A stretch of 63,779 nucleotides of DNA, the filler included, from Octopus bimaculoides (taxonomy: Eukaryota), in assembly GCF_001194135.2 (NCBI RefSeq). It is 5 parts of 5 records of this genome, joined end to end, with 100 filler letters (N's around TTAATTAATTAA, not from the genome) between each part and the next. Parts side by side here need not be neighbours in the genome. Positions count along the whole stretch, not along the records: positions 1 to 19,193 come from NC_068981.1; 4 more parts are not named here. The stretch is one strand, 5' to 3'. Every line of letters begins with the position of its first letter. Position 1 is the stretch's first letter. Below, one piece after another: positions 1 to 11,974 of the stretch. Both the position numbers and the translations under genes were made by a program. The notes beneath the pieces are model-generated. The model saw only the letters and a program-made list of their open reading frames with translations, had not been told where the DNA came from and ran no database searches.

Positions 1-895
1 ATATATATATATATATATATATACATATATAGTTGCAGGATTCGAAGAATCTGGGTAATTCAACGTGCAGGACGGCAGGAAAGGCCGGGTACCGGGCTTG
101 CAATATTCAGATGTCGTTCATTGGTTGTGTGTTGCAATTATGTAAATATACATATACATCTACACGTCTATCTGTATATAAGTATACACATTAAAAAAAT
201 GTATATTTACATATATAGGTTTCCCATTGCATTCCATACAAACTGTAGATCCAACCTAGGGATAATTCCAAATGTAACGTATATATGAAACAAAAATACA
301 AATGGGATTTAAAATTCACAACGGCTGTTATTGATGAATTCTTAGATTACATCATGACAAAAATCCGCCATTTTCACGTGATTTTCAACAGACAGTGATA
401 AGGTGGAAAATTTAAGTTGATCAGCTCACCACATTACAAAGTGAGGCAAGTGAAGTTATCAAAAGAATCGTAGAGTTTATAAAGACTGCTTGCAAGACCC
501 ATAAGAGTAAATTTCAAAAACTATCAAATTTTTCAAATTACTATCTTAACTAGTTTATGGCCCCAGCTGGAGGATCAAAGAAGACGATCACATAATAAAA
601 GCGGTTCGGTTGTCGCCACTTTTCCTACACTAGAACATGTATATATACCGTCATGAGGGTAAGTTTTGTATTTCATATCCAAACTATTATATTTAATATA
701 TTTAATATATTTGATGTATCTAATTTGTTTGTCCGCATAATTGCCTGTATACCCGCTCAAGCTGAGCCCTCTTATAACCTTTCTTTACCTTGTGGAATGG
801 ATCCCCTGTAAAAACCTCGGAGTCTAAGTTTGGATCTTTTGAGCTCAACTAAGTGTCGTCTATACGGAGAATCTTAGGATCTCATCTGTGGACTA

Positions 896-1021
<126 letters not shown>

Positions 1022-1182
1022 ATATACTTATGTATGTGTATACATACATACACACACACACACACATATATATTTCTATATGTATACAAACACTTGTAAA
1101 TAATATGCATACCAGTGTGTGTGCATATTTGTATGTACTTGTGTTTGAGAGTGTGTGTATGAACGTGTGTATGTATTTGTGC

Positions 1183-1219
<37 letters not shown>

Positions 1220-1506
1220 CTGATGATAATATATGCACTGTGTTATAAATGCTGGTGATGTACGCAAGTGTCCAAGAAAGCAAGCGCACAAATATTTCCA
1301 GTTTGCTGTGCAAATAACCTTGCTAGAGTGCTCCAATCTTTAAAATCAAAATTTCAGAATGAACGTACGAAAGAGCTGTTATAATTATACAGACATTTCT
1401 CTTTTATACCGAAAATAATTTTTAAAGAACGGGATTAACAAGAAGATTCTGATAAACAACAATCAAACTTCGAGTGATAATATAGAAAATTATAGATAAA
1501 TATAGC

Positions 1507-1507
<1 letters not shown>

Positions 1508-1579
<72 letters not shown>
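1508..1579. repeat. (CTAT)n tetranucleotide microsatellite
   Basis: Pure ATCT run; a second run lies at about 1957-2030, so the SINE between them is flanked by the same motif. Confidence 0.95.
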
Positions 1580-1580
<1 letters not shown>

Positions 1581-1586
1581 GTGTGA

Positions 1587-1955
1587 AGGCGCTTGGCTCA
1601 GTGGTTAGAGCGTCGAGCTTACGATTGTGAGGTTGTGAGTTCGATTCCTGGACCGGGTTGCATGTTGTGTTCTTGAGCAAGACACTTTATTTCACGTTGC
1701 TTCAGTTCACTCAGCTGCAGAAAATGAATTGCGACGTCACTGGTGCCAAGCTGTATCGAGCTTTGCCTTTCCCTTAGATAACATCGGTAGCGTGGAGGGG
1801 GGAAGCTGGTATGCATGGGCGACTGCTGGTCTTCCATAAAAACAACCCTAGGTTGTGCGTTCGCCGGTGAGGCGACTTTCCTCCCAGACTTGTGCCCCGG
1901 AGGGGAACCTCTTAGGTGCACCCATGGTCATTCGTGATCGACGGAGTCGCGAGAG
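1587..1955 (+). mobile_element. tRNA-derived SINE with a Meta/V-like central domain
   Basis: Pol III A box TGGCTCAGTGG and B box GTTCGATTCC, then GTGTTCTTGAGCAAGACACTTTATTTCAC core; body shared with 61785-61990 and 40400-40520. Confidence 0.8.
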
Positions 1956-2016
<61 letters not shown>

Positions 2017-2987
2017 GATCTATCTATCTACCTACCTTTTATCTATCTGTCTGTCTGTCAGAAAAAGTATGTACCATTATAAAGGTTAGTTGCACTGTTG
2101 ATGCGAATATCTCTTTGAAAATTAAAGAGGAATAGGATAACTACGGCCAACGGCTTCAAAATCTCTAGCTTCTTTATCCAGATTATTATAGATTCACATT
2201 TATACCATTAATTACTGGGGTACTTGATTCTTGTGAGTAAATGTCTAATTCACAATCTGGATAAGTTAGGGTTTTTAGAAAAAGAAATCAACCTGCTAAT
2301 TTGCACATTACAAATACAGTCAGTAAGTGAAACCGTAAAAATATGCAATACTTTTCTCAAGTTTAAAATGTGAATTTACTTTTGTTATCGACATCCCAAC
2401 AACAGAGCTTTACATCTTTGTTAGTAACTAATTCCTTCCTCAGAAAAAAGGATTCGAATAAAAACAGAAGAGAATTTACATACATACATACATACATACA
2501 TAACACACACAAACGCGCGCGCGCACACACACACACACGCACCACAGAAGTAGACACGCAGGACGGAAGGAAACGTAAAGGGATTGTATTTAGACACATT
2601 AGAGGATACTTATCTAATGCGTTCAAATACTTGATTTTATTGTATAAAATGAGGTCATATTTTTTTTCGAAATTCTATTTTTTTCGAAATTTTTCAGTTA
2701 AAAATACCTAATAATATTTAAAAACTCAAATGTCCAGTTATTATTGCTGTAATTGTTGTTTTGTCCCAGATTAATTCTGTTTGAGTTGACCTATGGCCAA
2801 ACGCATTTCCACTCGTGACTATCGCCTGATATTTTCTTTTCAAGGTTAGCATATTTGTATACTAATATATACTTTCTTTTCTCTTTGAAGATTGTAAAGG
2901 CAATTTAGCAGTTATTTCCAACAGGCCAAGCAACCGTTTAGAGGTTCTATTTTTGATCATCTAACGTCCAGGAAGAAGTCTACTTGC

Positions 2988-3206
2988 ACGATGGGGTGCT
3001 GAAAAGTTCCTGGCTTTCGTTAAAAGAAAATTCAGGAGGATCAGTTAATTATGATTTTATTCAACAAATTCCCTTCTCAGATTCACACACTTATTGCAGC
3101 GGTCCTCCAGTTTTTCTAAGCCCTGTAAAAAGAACTTGGAAGGTTGGTCCACCAACCAGGCTTCCGCGATACTCTTAAAACCAGGAACTTTTCAGCACAC
3201 CCTCGT
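2988..3206. mobile_element. mariner-type non-autonomous element (MITE)
   Basis: Terminal inverted repeats ACGATGGGGTGCTGAAAAGTTCCTGG ... CCAGGAACTTTTCAGCACACCCTCGT; no transposase ORF. Confidence 0.8.
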
Positions 3207-3384
3207 TTGTGACGGCGACTTCATACTCAAAATACAAAGTACCAAACCGAACAAGACGGAGCATCATTCTAACAATAGATATGAAAACTATTGAAGTCCC
3301 TTTGAAACTTCTAATTATGTTGAACTGTTTACATACGATACAAAGTAACATGTAAATAATGCATTATTGTTATTATTATTGAGG

Positions 3385-3940
3385 GAGAGGGCAGCACACG
3401 CCATCATAGTGGCGCTGGTATAAAAATATACACAGCCAAATATACCAATCATGACTATACGGCTGATAAGAGTTCACCAGGCACATGCATCACGACCAAA
3501 TGTGTGCGACATGGTGATCTCATATTAACATAAGCAGCGCAGGAACTTGTAGGTGGGGCCCAGAAAGAATTACCTTCATTTCGAGTAGTCCATTCCATTC
3601 AAAAGGTTCCTGAATAAGGATTGTTTACAGATGGGGAGCAAAACACTCTTGTTTCCAGAGGTGAACTATTCAAACCCCAAAAGAATTCCTCTCAACACAT
3701 GTTCCCCCACTATCCCTGAGAGTACATATTGCCAGCCACTAAGTGACATGATCAACTGGTTAAGGTCAAACAACTGACATGCAAATCTGTGGTATCGAGC
3801 AGAATATTTGCTGTAGCCCATCTTTTACACCAAGACTAAAAACATGCAATTAGTTAAGATCAGAAACCATGAGAGATACTGCCTAGTACTGCATCAAGGT
3901 ATTGCCGTGAGAGCTACTGCCTGGTACTGCATCAAGGAAT
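3385..3940 (-). repeat. Interspersed repeat, unclassified (probably LINE/SINE derived)
   Basis: 3660-3810 is the reverse complement of 20560-20725 (CTTAACCAGTTGAGCATGTCCCTTAGTGGCTG...GAGGAGTTCTTTGGGGTTTGAATA); small tandem duplication at 3870-3940. Confidence 0.6.
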
Positions 3941-3949
3941 TTTATTATT

Positions 3950-4450
3950 ATTTTCTCTTTATCACAAGTTTTGTTGGAGTTTCTGGAGTCTTGCACGCGT
4001 AGCGCGCTTACTAACTGCAGTATATGGTACCATGCTTTTCGTTCTTTTCAACTATCTAATACTTTCCTGATTATTCTGGCCGTGCCAAGGAAGCAAAACT
4101 TTTGTAACAGTTCTATTGGGCACTCTATTCTAATTTCCTTTATATTCCTCTTGATGCCTTCTTATACTGTTCCCAAATACCCAACAATAATTGACACTAT
4201 TTTCACCTTCATTTTCCATAGCCAGGCTATTTCGTACTTAAGAGGGTTGCATTTACCTATCTTTTTGCCTTCCTTCTTGACTATAAGTGAGTCAAAGGGA
4301 TATGCAACATCAACCACAACAATAAGGACGGTTTTGGCTTTTAATTGCCACGTCCTAGATATCTCAATCTCAAGGTCCTTTTATTTCGACAGTCTTTCAG
4401 ATTCCTTTGCTGAGATGTTTCTATCAGTTTCTATCATACCATTTAAGAGG
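3950..4450 (-). pseudogene. C-terminal remnant of RLE-type (R4/Dong-like) LINE
   Basis: Minus-strand translation DRNISAKESERLSK*KDLEIEISRTW...VDVAYPFD...KYEIAWLWKMKVKIVSIIVGYLG...LLQKFCFLGTARIIRKVL matches the restriction-like-endonuclease C-terminus pattern; stop codons present. Confidence 0.8.
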
Positions 4451-7221
4451 CGTGCTTTTTCTCTTATATCTTTGATGACTGTGTTTAGCATGTTAGCATT
4501 TATTTACCTGATTGCATGTATCCCAGAATCCCATAAGATACATCTCTCCTTCAGTGACTGGCTCTAGATGGCGTTCATATCTGTTCTTAGGGTGCAGGCT
4601 ATCACTGTGACAGCATATGCTCTTGTGCAAGTATTGGCCAACTCAATCATGCCTGGTTTTATATTCTGTAAGAGCAATGACTAAGCAACTGGCAACAATG
4701 TGGCCTGTTCTCTCAGCACTCATGAAATAAATACCAACTCTTCTTTTTCCATTTTCCCCAGAAACAAAAACAAAAAAAATATCCCGTACATATGATACAA
4801 GCTTTAGTTAAATTGCATATGTCTGACATGTAAATAAGCGTGAATATTTCACGGAATTGCACTTATGAGCATGCGGTAAGTGATAGGTAATATAAAAAAA
4901 ACTTAGTTCAATTTTTAAAAAATACACTTTTCACTATTCACTCACCATTACCACCACCNNNNNNNNNNNNNNNNNNNNNNNNNNNNNNNNNNNNNNNNNN
5001 NNNNNNNNNNNCCACCACCACCAACTCCATCTCCACCAACTCCATCTGCACCACTAACACCACTACCATCATCATCATCTTTCTCTACCGCCTCTCTCTC
5101 CTCTCTCCCCTCTGTCTCCCTCCACTCTCTCTCTCTCTCTCGCTCACTGCCTTTTTTTAACCTCCTAATCAGAACATCACCCCTCTACTAAAATTATGTT
5201 TTTAACTCTCCTCCTCTACTTTCAACTAACCTTTTGAACCACGTAATAAATATTACGTTCCCCCTTACGTCTCGTCATGGACGCTTCTTCCTCCCTCTTT
5301 CTGCCTCACTCTTCGCCTTATCCTCCTTTTCTTTATCCTTTTTCTTTCTCCTCTTTTCCCTTCAGCTAATCACCTGAAAGCGTTACAATTACATACCCTA
5401 TACTTCACGTCATGGATGCTTCTCTCTCCCTCTTTTGCTCCCTCCCTCTTTTTCTCTCTCCCTCTTTTCTTTCTTCCACGTTTTCTCTAATAACATGAAA
5501 GCATTACCGCCGGGCTAAGTAACGCAATGGCAAGCAGAATTATTATAAGATTGAATGGGATCTGTTTCAATCAAACTCCTGACGAGTGGTAATCGATTAG
5601 GCCGACACATAACCTAGATGCACCAATGGAAATGATTAGCCATTCTTATTGAAGAAGCTGTTTTTAAATGAGCTGAAAACTATCTCGTAATCTGTTATTG
5701 CATCCCAGTGAACATTCCGGCTCTAATAATGTTGAACATTTCAACTCTAACGTTTTCGAGATCTTTTCTCATAAACATCTCATAGCTATAAACTGCAGAG
5801 GTCACGACGTTCCCTCCTTCAGTGTGGTGAAAATATTTATGTATCGTCACAGAGACCTAAAACCTGCTTTGTATTAAAGCTCGCTCGATCTGTCTTCTTT
5901 CTTTTCTTGCCATTTTAACTGCTTAGTAATTACTGCGACCTAACTAAAACCTCAGTATAATTTTCTTTTTCTTTTTATTGCCCTTCTAATTTATTACTAT
6001 AGGGCCGCTTTGATTCTATGGACAGACACGCACATGCGTGTACAAACTAAAATATAAGATTTTTTAAAAACGAAATGACACTTCAATGTGTAATACAAAG
6101 AATGTATTACAGTTTTACGACTTTTCGGCTGACCTTGAGAGACACTAGTTCTGTTATATGAGACAAGGGTGTAGGGAATCTGTAACCTCTCTCTTTTGTG
6201 TGCCGAAGACAGCGCTGTGTTGTTAACGGATAATTTATTGAGGCATTTCTACTCAAGCATGATTCTACGCCCAGAAAAAAATGCATAATATATATATGTG
6301 TGTGTGTGTGCGCGCGTATGCGCGCGCGCGTGTATGTATGTATATATGTATATATATATGTGTATATATGTATATATGTATATATATATGTGTGTGTGTG
6401 TGTATGTATGTATGTTTCTCTCTCTATATATATTTATATATATGCGTGTGTATGTATGTATGTCTGTATGTATGTATATATATGTATGTATATATACATA
6501 TATATGCACATATATATATATGTATATATGTATATGTATGTATGTATATATATAAATGTATGCATATATATATATATATATATATATANNNNNNNNNNNN
6601 NNNNNNNNNNNNNNNNNNNNNNNNNNNNNNNNNNNNNNNNNNNNNNNNNNNNNNNNNNNNNNNNNNNNNNNNNNNNNNNNNNNNNNNNNNNNNNNNNNNN
6701 NNNNNNNNNNNNNNNNNNNNNNNNNNNNNNNNNNNNNNNNNNNNNNNNNNNNNNNNNNNNNNNNNNNNNNNNNNNNNNNNNNNNNNNNNNNNNNNNNNNN
6801 NNNNNNNNNNNNNNNNNNNNNNNNNNNNNNNNNNNNNNNNNNNNNNNNNNNNNNNNNNNNNNNNNNNNNNNNNNNNNNNNNNNNNNNNNNNNNNNNNNNN
6901 NNNNNNNNNNNNNNNNNNNNNNNNNNNNNNNNNNNNNNNNNNNNNNNNNNNNNNNNNNNNNNNNNNNNNNNNNNNNNNNNNNNNNNNNNNNNNNNNNNNN
7001 NNNNNNNNNNNNNNNNNNNNNNNNNNNNNNNNNNNNNNNNNNNNNNNNNNNNNNNNNNNNNNNNNNNNNNNNNNNNNNNNNNNNNNNNNNNNNNNNNNNN
7101 NNNNNNNNNNNNNNNNNNNNNNNNNNNNNNNNNNNNNNNNNNNNNNNNNNNNNNNNNNNNNNNNNNNNCTAGATAAGAAACAATAAAATCTGAGACAGTT
7201 AAAACTTTTGTCTAGAATCAA

Positions 7222-7490
7222 TTACTAGCCTGATAGACTCGGCTATGTCAAGATGGATTTATGTATTCTTCCTCCCACTTGGATTTTTATGTATTCTCTC
7301 TCCCACTTGGATTTGAAATGTTGCCACAGTTATAATATGTCTTTTCTACTGTAATTTTCTGCATTTTCGTGCAGCTGAAGATTGCTCTTCATATTGCATT
7401 TAATGTAATGCTCGCATTACTTAAATAAATTGGAGTAGCATGAAACGTGCGTACTGCAATCACCTTTGAAATCCGTGTTGCTTTTTTTTT
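7222..7490 (+). mobile_element. Hammerhead-containing dispersed repeat, copy 1 (retrozyme/Penelope-derived candidate)
   Basis: High similarity over about 260 bp to 35122-35365; both carry the same hammerhead core. Confidence 0.75.
7370..7458 (+). ncRNA. Type I hammerhead ribozyme, predicted cleavage after A7453 (GUA)
   Basis: Stem I TGCAG/CTGCA; CTGAAGA core; long stem II (TGCT-CTTC...GGAG-T-AGCA enclosing ATTTAA-TGTAATGC/GCATTAC-TTAAAT); GAAA; minimal stem III ACG-TG-CGT; GTA triplet. Confidence 0.75.
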
Positions 7491-7594
7491 TATATATATA
7501 TATATACATACACACATGGATACATACACACATTCATATACAGGATTTGGATAAAATAATGGAAACTTCTTGTTAAAACGAAAATTTATTATTT

Positions 7595-9760
7595 AATACG
7601 GAGTCGGTCAAGAACCTAAACAAAGGGGACGTTATAGAAAATTTCAGGCCCATCACTCTGCTCATGCACAGTTGAAGATTTTGCCCAAGGTGTTAGCCAA
7701 GGGGTTGGCGCTTGTAAACAAGCTGGTTGGCGAGGCGCAAACATGCGCCATCCCAATCAGGACTATTAGCGACAATTTCCATCTCATGCGCTATATCATA
7801 GAAAGGGTTGGTAACGAAGCTAGCATCGGCGGGGCTCTGATCAATTTAGATCAATCTAAGTCCTTTGATAGGGTCGATCATCAATACTTGGCAGTTGTCC
7901 TCGAGGCAGCCGGTTTCGGTCCGGTTTTCCGCGGTTGGATCGCCGCTTTGTACAGCGGCATCTGCTCGGTTGTTCGGATGAATGGTCACTTGTCGGAGCC
8001 ATTCAGCTTCTTGCACTCGGTCCGTCAAGGGTGCTCTCTCTCCTTTTCGTATGTACTGACTCTTGAGCCACTACTGCGGAAGCTGGAGGCTTTGAGGGGT
8101 GTCCCGCATGATCTAGGATGTGGGAGAAGTGTGTCTGCTTATGCTGACGATGTCACCGTCATAGTGTCGAACCGCAGGCATATAGACCTGATTGGTGACA
8201 CACTAAAAGAATATGAAGCGGTGACAGGAGCAAAAGTTAACACGGAAAAGTTAGTGAGCTTGCAACTCGNNNNNNNNNNNNNNNNNNNNNNNNNNNNNNN
8301 NNNNNNNNNNNNNNNNNNNNNNNNNNNNNNNNNNNNNNNNNNNNNNNNNNNNNNNNNNNNNNNNNNNNNNNNNNNNNNNNNNNNNNNNNNNNNNNNNNNN
8401 NNNNNNNNNNNNNNNNNNNNNNNNNNNNNNNNNNNNNNNNNNNNNNNNNNNNNNNNNNNNNNNNNNNNNNNNNNNNNNNNNNNNNNNNNNNNNNNNNNNN
8501 NNNNNNNNNNNNNNNNNNNNNNNNNNNNNNNNNNNNNNNNNNNNNNNNNNNNNNNNNNNNNNNNNNNNNNNNNNNNNNNNTCATGCGCTTCAGCTGCTGT
8601 CAACAAACACTGAATGGAGGGTTGGGCATTCTGTGGTTACTGATGCGCAGACATGTGCTCTGACCACGGCATCTCCAGCGTTTCCTTGACGGTGAGCAGG
8701 TGTGGTCGCCGTTTGTAAGACTCACTTTTCAACAGCTAGTCTCTTTGATTGAGCTGCAGTCCTGGATTAGGCGTAGATCGAGGAGGGGCGCTTGGTACCT
8801 CGAGTGCCGTCAAACGCTCACAGCTCTCTGCCAGTCGTAGTTCCACTCTAGCGGTTCCACTCCGCGGTTGGTCGTAGTTCCGCTCTAGCGTTCTATAGAG
8901 GGTTAGTGGAGGGGAAGTTCGACGACGTTCTCGGAGAAACTCTAGGCGTCGACGAGGATCAACTGTACGGTCTGTTTCGGAGAAGTTTCGGGCCTGGGCC
9001 TATGGATAATTTCTAGAAATCCCTTGCCTGGCAGTGCTACTGAGGGTCGCTGCCTGTTTGGTTTAAACTTTACAGGCACGGAAGTGCCGTTAGCCGGGCC
9101 TGCTCGAAATGCGCGCGGAACGATGAAACCATTCTGCATGCCCTCGTCCAGTGCCCGAGTTTTGCTGACGTGTGGGTTTAAGTTCAACACCTGCTGTTGC
9201 ATGTAGGACGGATCCGGCTATCAGCTGAATCCATTGTGAAAATTGCCACGCCACCATCCTTTGGCCGGGAAGGGCAGGCAGTTTTTATTTGTCTGGTGGC
9301 TGTAGCGAAAGAGGTAGTATGGTGGGCTCGTATGAAAGGGCTAAAGTCAGACACTTTCCTTTTTAGCCAAGCCCTCATCAACTTTTACAAGTTATGCTTG
9401 AAAAGGAAGTTGAGGGTGGAGAGGGAAGTGTTGCCTTCTAGCAAGTTTGTTGAAAGGTGGGTGAATGTTGGAAGAATGGCCAGTGTAAAAGGACCAATTC
9501 TGAGCATACACCTGTGAAAAATTAAAGGAGAGGGGCTCTTGCCCTGTTGATCAGGCACCTGTGGCTTTTGAGGGTTTTTCCACGAGGACCTTTAAAGCGC
9601 CTCCCCTATTGGGAGATTCATGTTGTTTAATTTCTTATTGTTTTCAAATGTTTATACGCTGTAAAACCCTTTGTCTCGTCTTGTGTTGTCATCTATGTTA
9701 TGTCATGTCATTTTATGTTGTTTATGTAAGCCCTTGTGGCTAATAAAAGAATTAATTATT
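7595..9760 (+). mobile_element. 5'-truncated L1/Tx1-like LINE: RT, degenerate C-terminal region, 3' UTR
   Basis: ENFRPITLL, LDQSKSFDRVDHQYL, SVRQGCSLS and SAYADDVTV RT motifs (7630-8270); C-terminus ending ...GPILSIHL* at 9517; 3' UTR ends CTTGTGGCTAATAAAAGAA; frameshifts and stops. Confidence 0.9.
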
Positions 9761-10120
9761 ACCTCCGCCTTAGCGAAGGCGGAGGTATTGTTTTCAGTCG
9801 TGTTTGTTTGTTTGTCCGTAGACAAGATATCTCAAGAACCGTTGGATAGATTCGGATGAAACTTTCAGGGATGTTTGGCCTCGTGACTGGCACGAACTGA
9901 TTAGATTTTGGGATCAATCTGGTACCGGATAAGGATTCTGGATTATTTTTCCTATTCTTTTACAAAATTTTTGAGAGCGGTCTGTTTCATTTTTAGTATT
10001 ATCGTTTGTGAGAGCAGTCGAGTTTATTTCAGATATTCTCATTTTAAAAATCATCTCTGGCGAGTCGTTGAGAGGACGTTGGTGTTGCCTTGGCAGAGGT
10101 TTGTTTCACAGGAGGTTTGA
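9757..10120 (+). mobile_element. Non-autonomous Helentron-type (HINE/DINE-like) element
   Basis: 5' hairpin ACCTCCGCC-TTAGCGAA-GGCGGAGGT, GTTT microsatellite, 3' sub-terminal IR GCCTTGGCAGAGGT (10087-10100); second copy inverted at 52421-52783. Confidence 0.7.
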
Positions 10121-10236
10121 GTTGTTTTTGTCTTGTTAGACGTAAGTCATAGTGTTAAATATTTGTTTGATTGATTGTTACAGTTCAAATTGTTACTAGT
10201 GTTATTTTGAATTGTTTTTTTCTCATTGTGGGAAAA

Positions 10237-11050
10237 ATGGAGAAAACGCCAGCAGGTGACCACAGTTATGCGGCTGCAACTAGAAAAGGGATAGACGTGG
10301 AAACGCTGGAGGTACGAGAAATAAAGGTTGAACCTCGAAAAATGAAGGAATGCGAGAAGTTGCTGAAAACAGACGGAAATACACTGAAATTAACGCCGCC
10401 TGTGGAACTAACAACCAGTGTGATGAAAAGAACGGTGATATATAAGACAATGAATATAGCAACAAGGAAAATAGAAATAGCGACAATAGAGGCTATTCCA
10501 GAATGTTTGAAGAATATAAAAAGACTAACCACATCTATAACAAGAGGGAGAAAGTACGCTACTGTAGAGGTGCGTTTTGCATCAGAAGAGGAAGAAATTA
10601 AGCACTCCACGGAGGCAATAAGATCGGAAGAATGGGTACTTTTGCCATCGTACTGTGGCAAACGTGTGGACATGGTGCAAGTTGGCAAAGTGCTCCCAGA
10701 GCTGAAAGAAGCATGGCTGATGACAGCCATAATGTATGACATGAATGAGGAAGCCAAGATACTGAAGACCACAAGAACCCAAAGAGTTAACTACTGGAGA
10801 TATGGAATAGAGTTAACCATTCAGGCAACAGTGGAAGGCCTAAACAGAATTGTCGAAGAGATAGTGCTGCCCGATGACGTGATGGTGGAGGGCAGGTCGC
10901 CTATGTTATACATCTGGGGAAAAGGGCCACATGAAGGCGAGGTGCCCCCAGAGAGAACAACAGATAGAACAGACGGAGAAGCAGGAAAGCACGGACCAGG
11001 TGGTACAGGTCGAGATAAAGGAGAAAGCAACAGAGGAGGGGTTCATGGTG
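10237..11050 (+). pseudogene. L1/Tx1-like LINE ORF1 (gag-like) with frameshifted zinc knuckle
   Basis: SYAAA N-terminal motif; homologous to 26300-26650 (ITRGRKYATVEVRF vs VTRGRGFGTVEIRS); an alternate frame from about 10900 reads LCYTSGEKGHMKARCP (degenerate CCHC); runs into a gap. Confidence 0.8.
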
Positions 11051-11974
11051 NNNNNNNNNNNNNNNNNNNNNNNNNNNNNNNNNNNNNNNNNNNNNNNNNN
11101 NNNNNNNNNNNNNNNNNNNNNNNNNNNNNNNNNNNNNNNNNNNNNNNNNNNNNNNNNNNNNNNNNNNNNNNNNNNNNNNNNNNNNNNNNNNNNNNNNNNN
11201 NNNNNNNNNNNNNNNNNNNNNNNNNNNNNNNNNNNNNNNNNNNNNNNNNNNNNNNNNNNNNNNNNNNNNNNNNNNNNNNNNNNNNNNNNNNNNNNNNNNN
11301 NNNNNNNNNNNNNNNNNNNNNNNNNNNNNNNNNNNNNNNNNNNNNNNNNNNNNNNNNNNNNNNNNNNNNNNNNNNNNNNNNNNNNNNNNNNNNNNNNNNN
11401 NNNNNNNNNNNNNNNNNNNNNNNNNNNNNNNNNNNNNNNNNNNNNNNNNNNNNNNNNNNNNNNNNNNNNNNNNNNNNNNNNNNNNNNNNNNNNNNNNNNN
11501 NNNNNNNNNNNNNNNNNNNNNNNNNNNNNNNNNNNNNNNNNNNNNNNNNNNNNNNNNNNNNNNNNNNNNNNNNNNNNNNNNNNNNNNNNNNNNNNNNNNN
11601 NNNNNNNNNNNNNNNNNNNNNNNNNNNNNNNNNNNNNNNNNNNNNNNNNNNNNNNNNNNNNNNNNNNNNNNNNNNNNNNNNNNNNNNNNNNNNNNNNNNN
11701 NNNNNNNNNNNNNNNNNNNNNNNNNNNNNNNNNNNNNNNNNNNNNNNNNNNNNNNNNNNNNNNNNNNNNNNNNNNNNNNNNNNNNNNNNNNNNNNNNNNN
11801 NNNNNNNNNNNNNNNNNNNNNNNNNNNNNNNNNNNNNNNNNNNNNNNNNNNNNNNNNNNNNNNNNNNNNNNNNNNNNNNNNNNNNNNNNNNNNNNNNNNN
11901 NNNNNNNNNNNNNNNNNNNNNNNNNNNNNNNNNNNNNNNNNNNNNNNNNNNNNNTTATTATTATTATTATTAAG

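Noticed and set aside
1587-1660. tRNA-like sequence with A and B boxes
   Set aside because: No complete cloverleaf or acceptor stem, and it continues into a SINE body; same for other SINE heads.
2183-2330. Possible small exons (TCCAG...GTGAGT and ...GTAAGT)
   Set aside because: Short, no recognisable protein, no consistent partner exon; such sites arise by chance in AT-rich DNA.
3971-4567. 198-aa plus-strand ORF
   Set aside because: Antisense shadow of the RLE-LINE remnant on the minus strand.
6281-7221. Long ORFs crossing N runs or made of YI/CV/HT/SL repeats, here and throughout the ORF track
   Set aside because: Artefacts of gaps and microsatellites.
9197-9517. 106-aa ORF as a stand-alone gene
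   Set aside because: It is the C-terminal piece of the Tx1-like ORF2.
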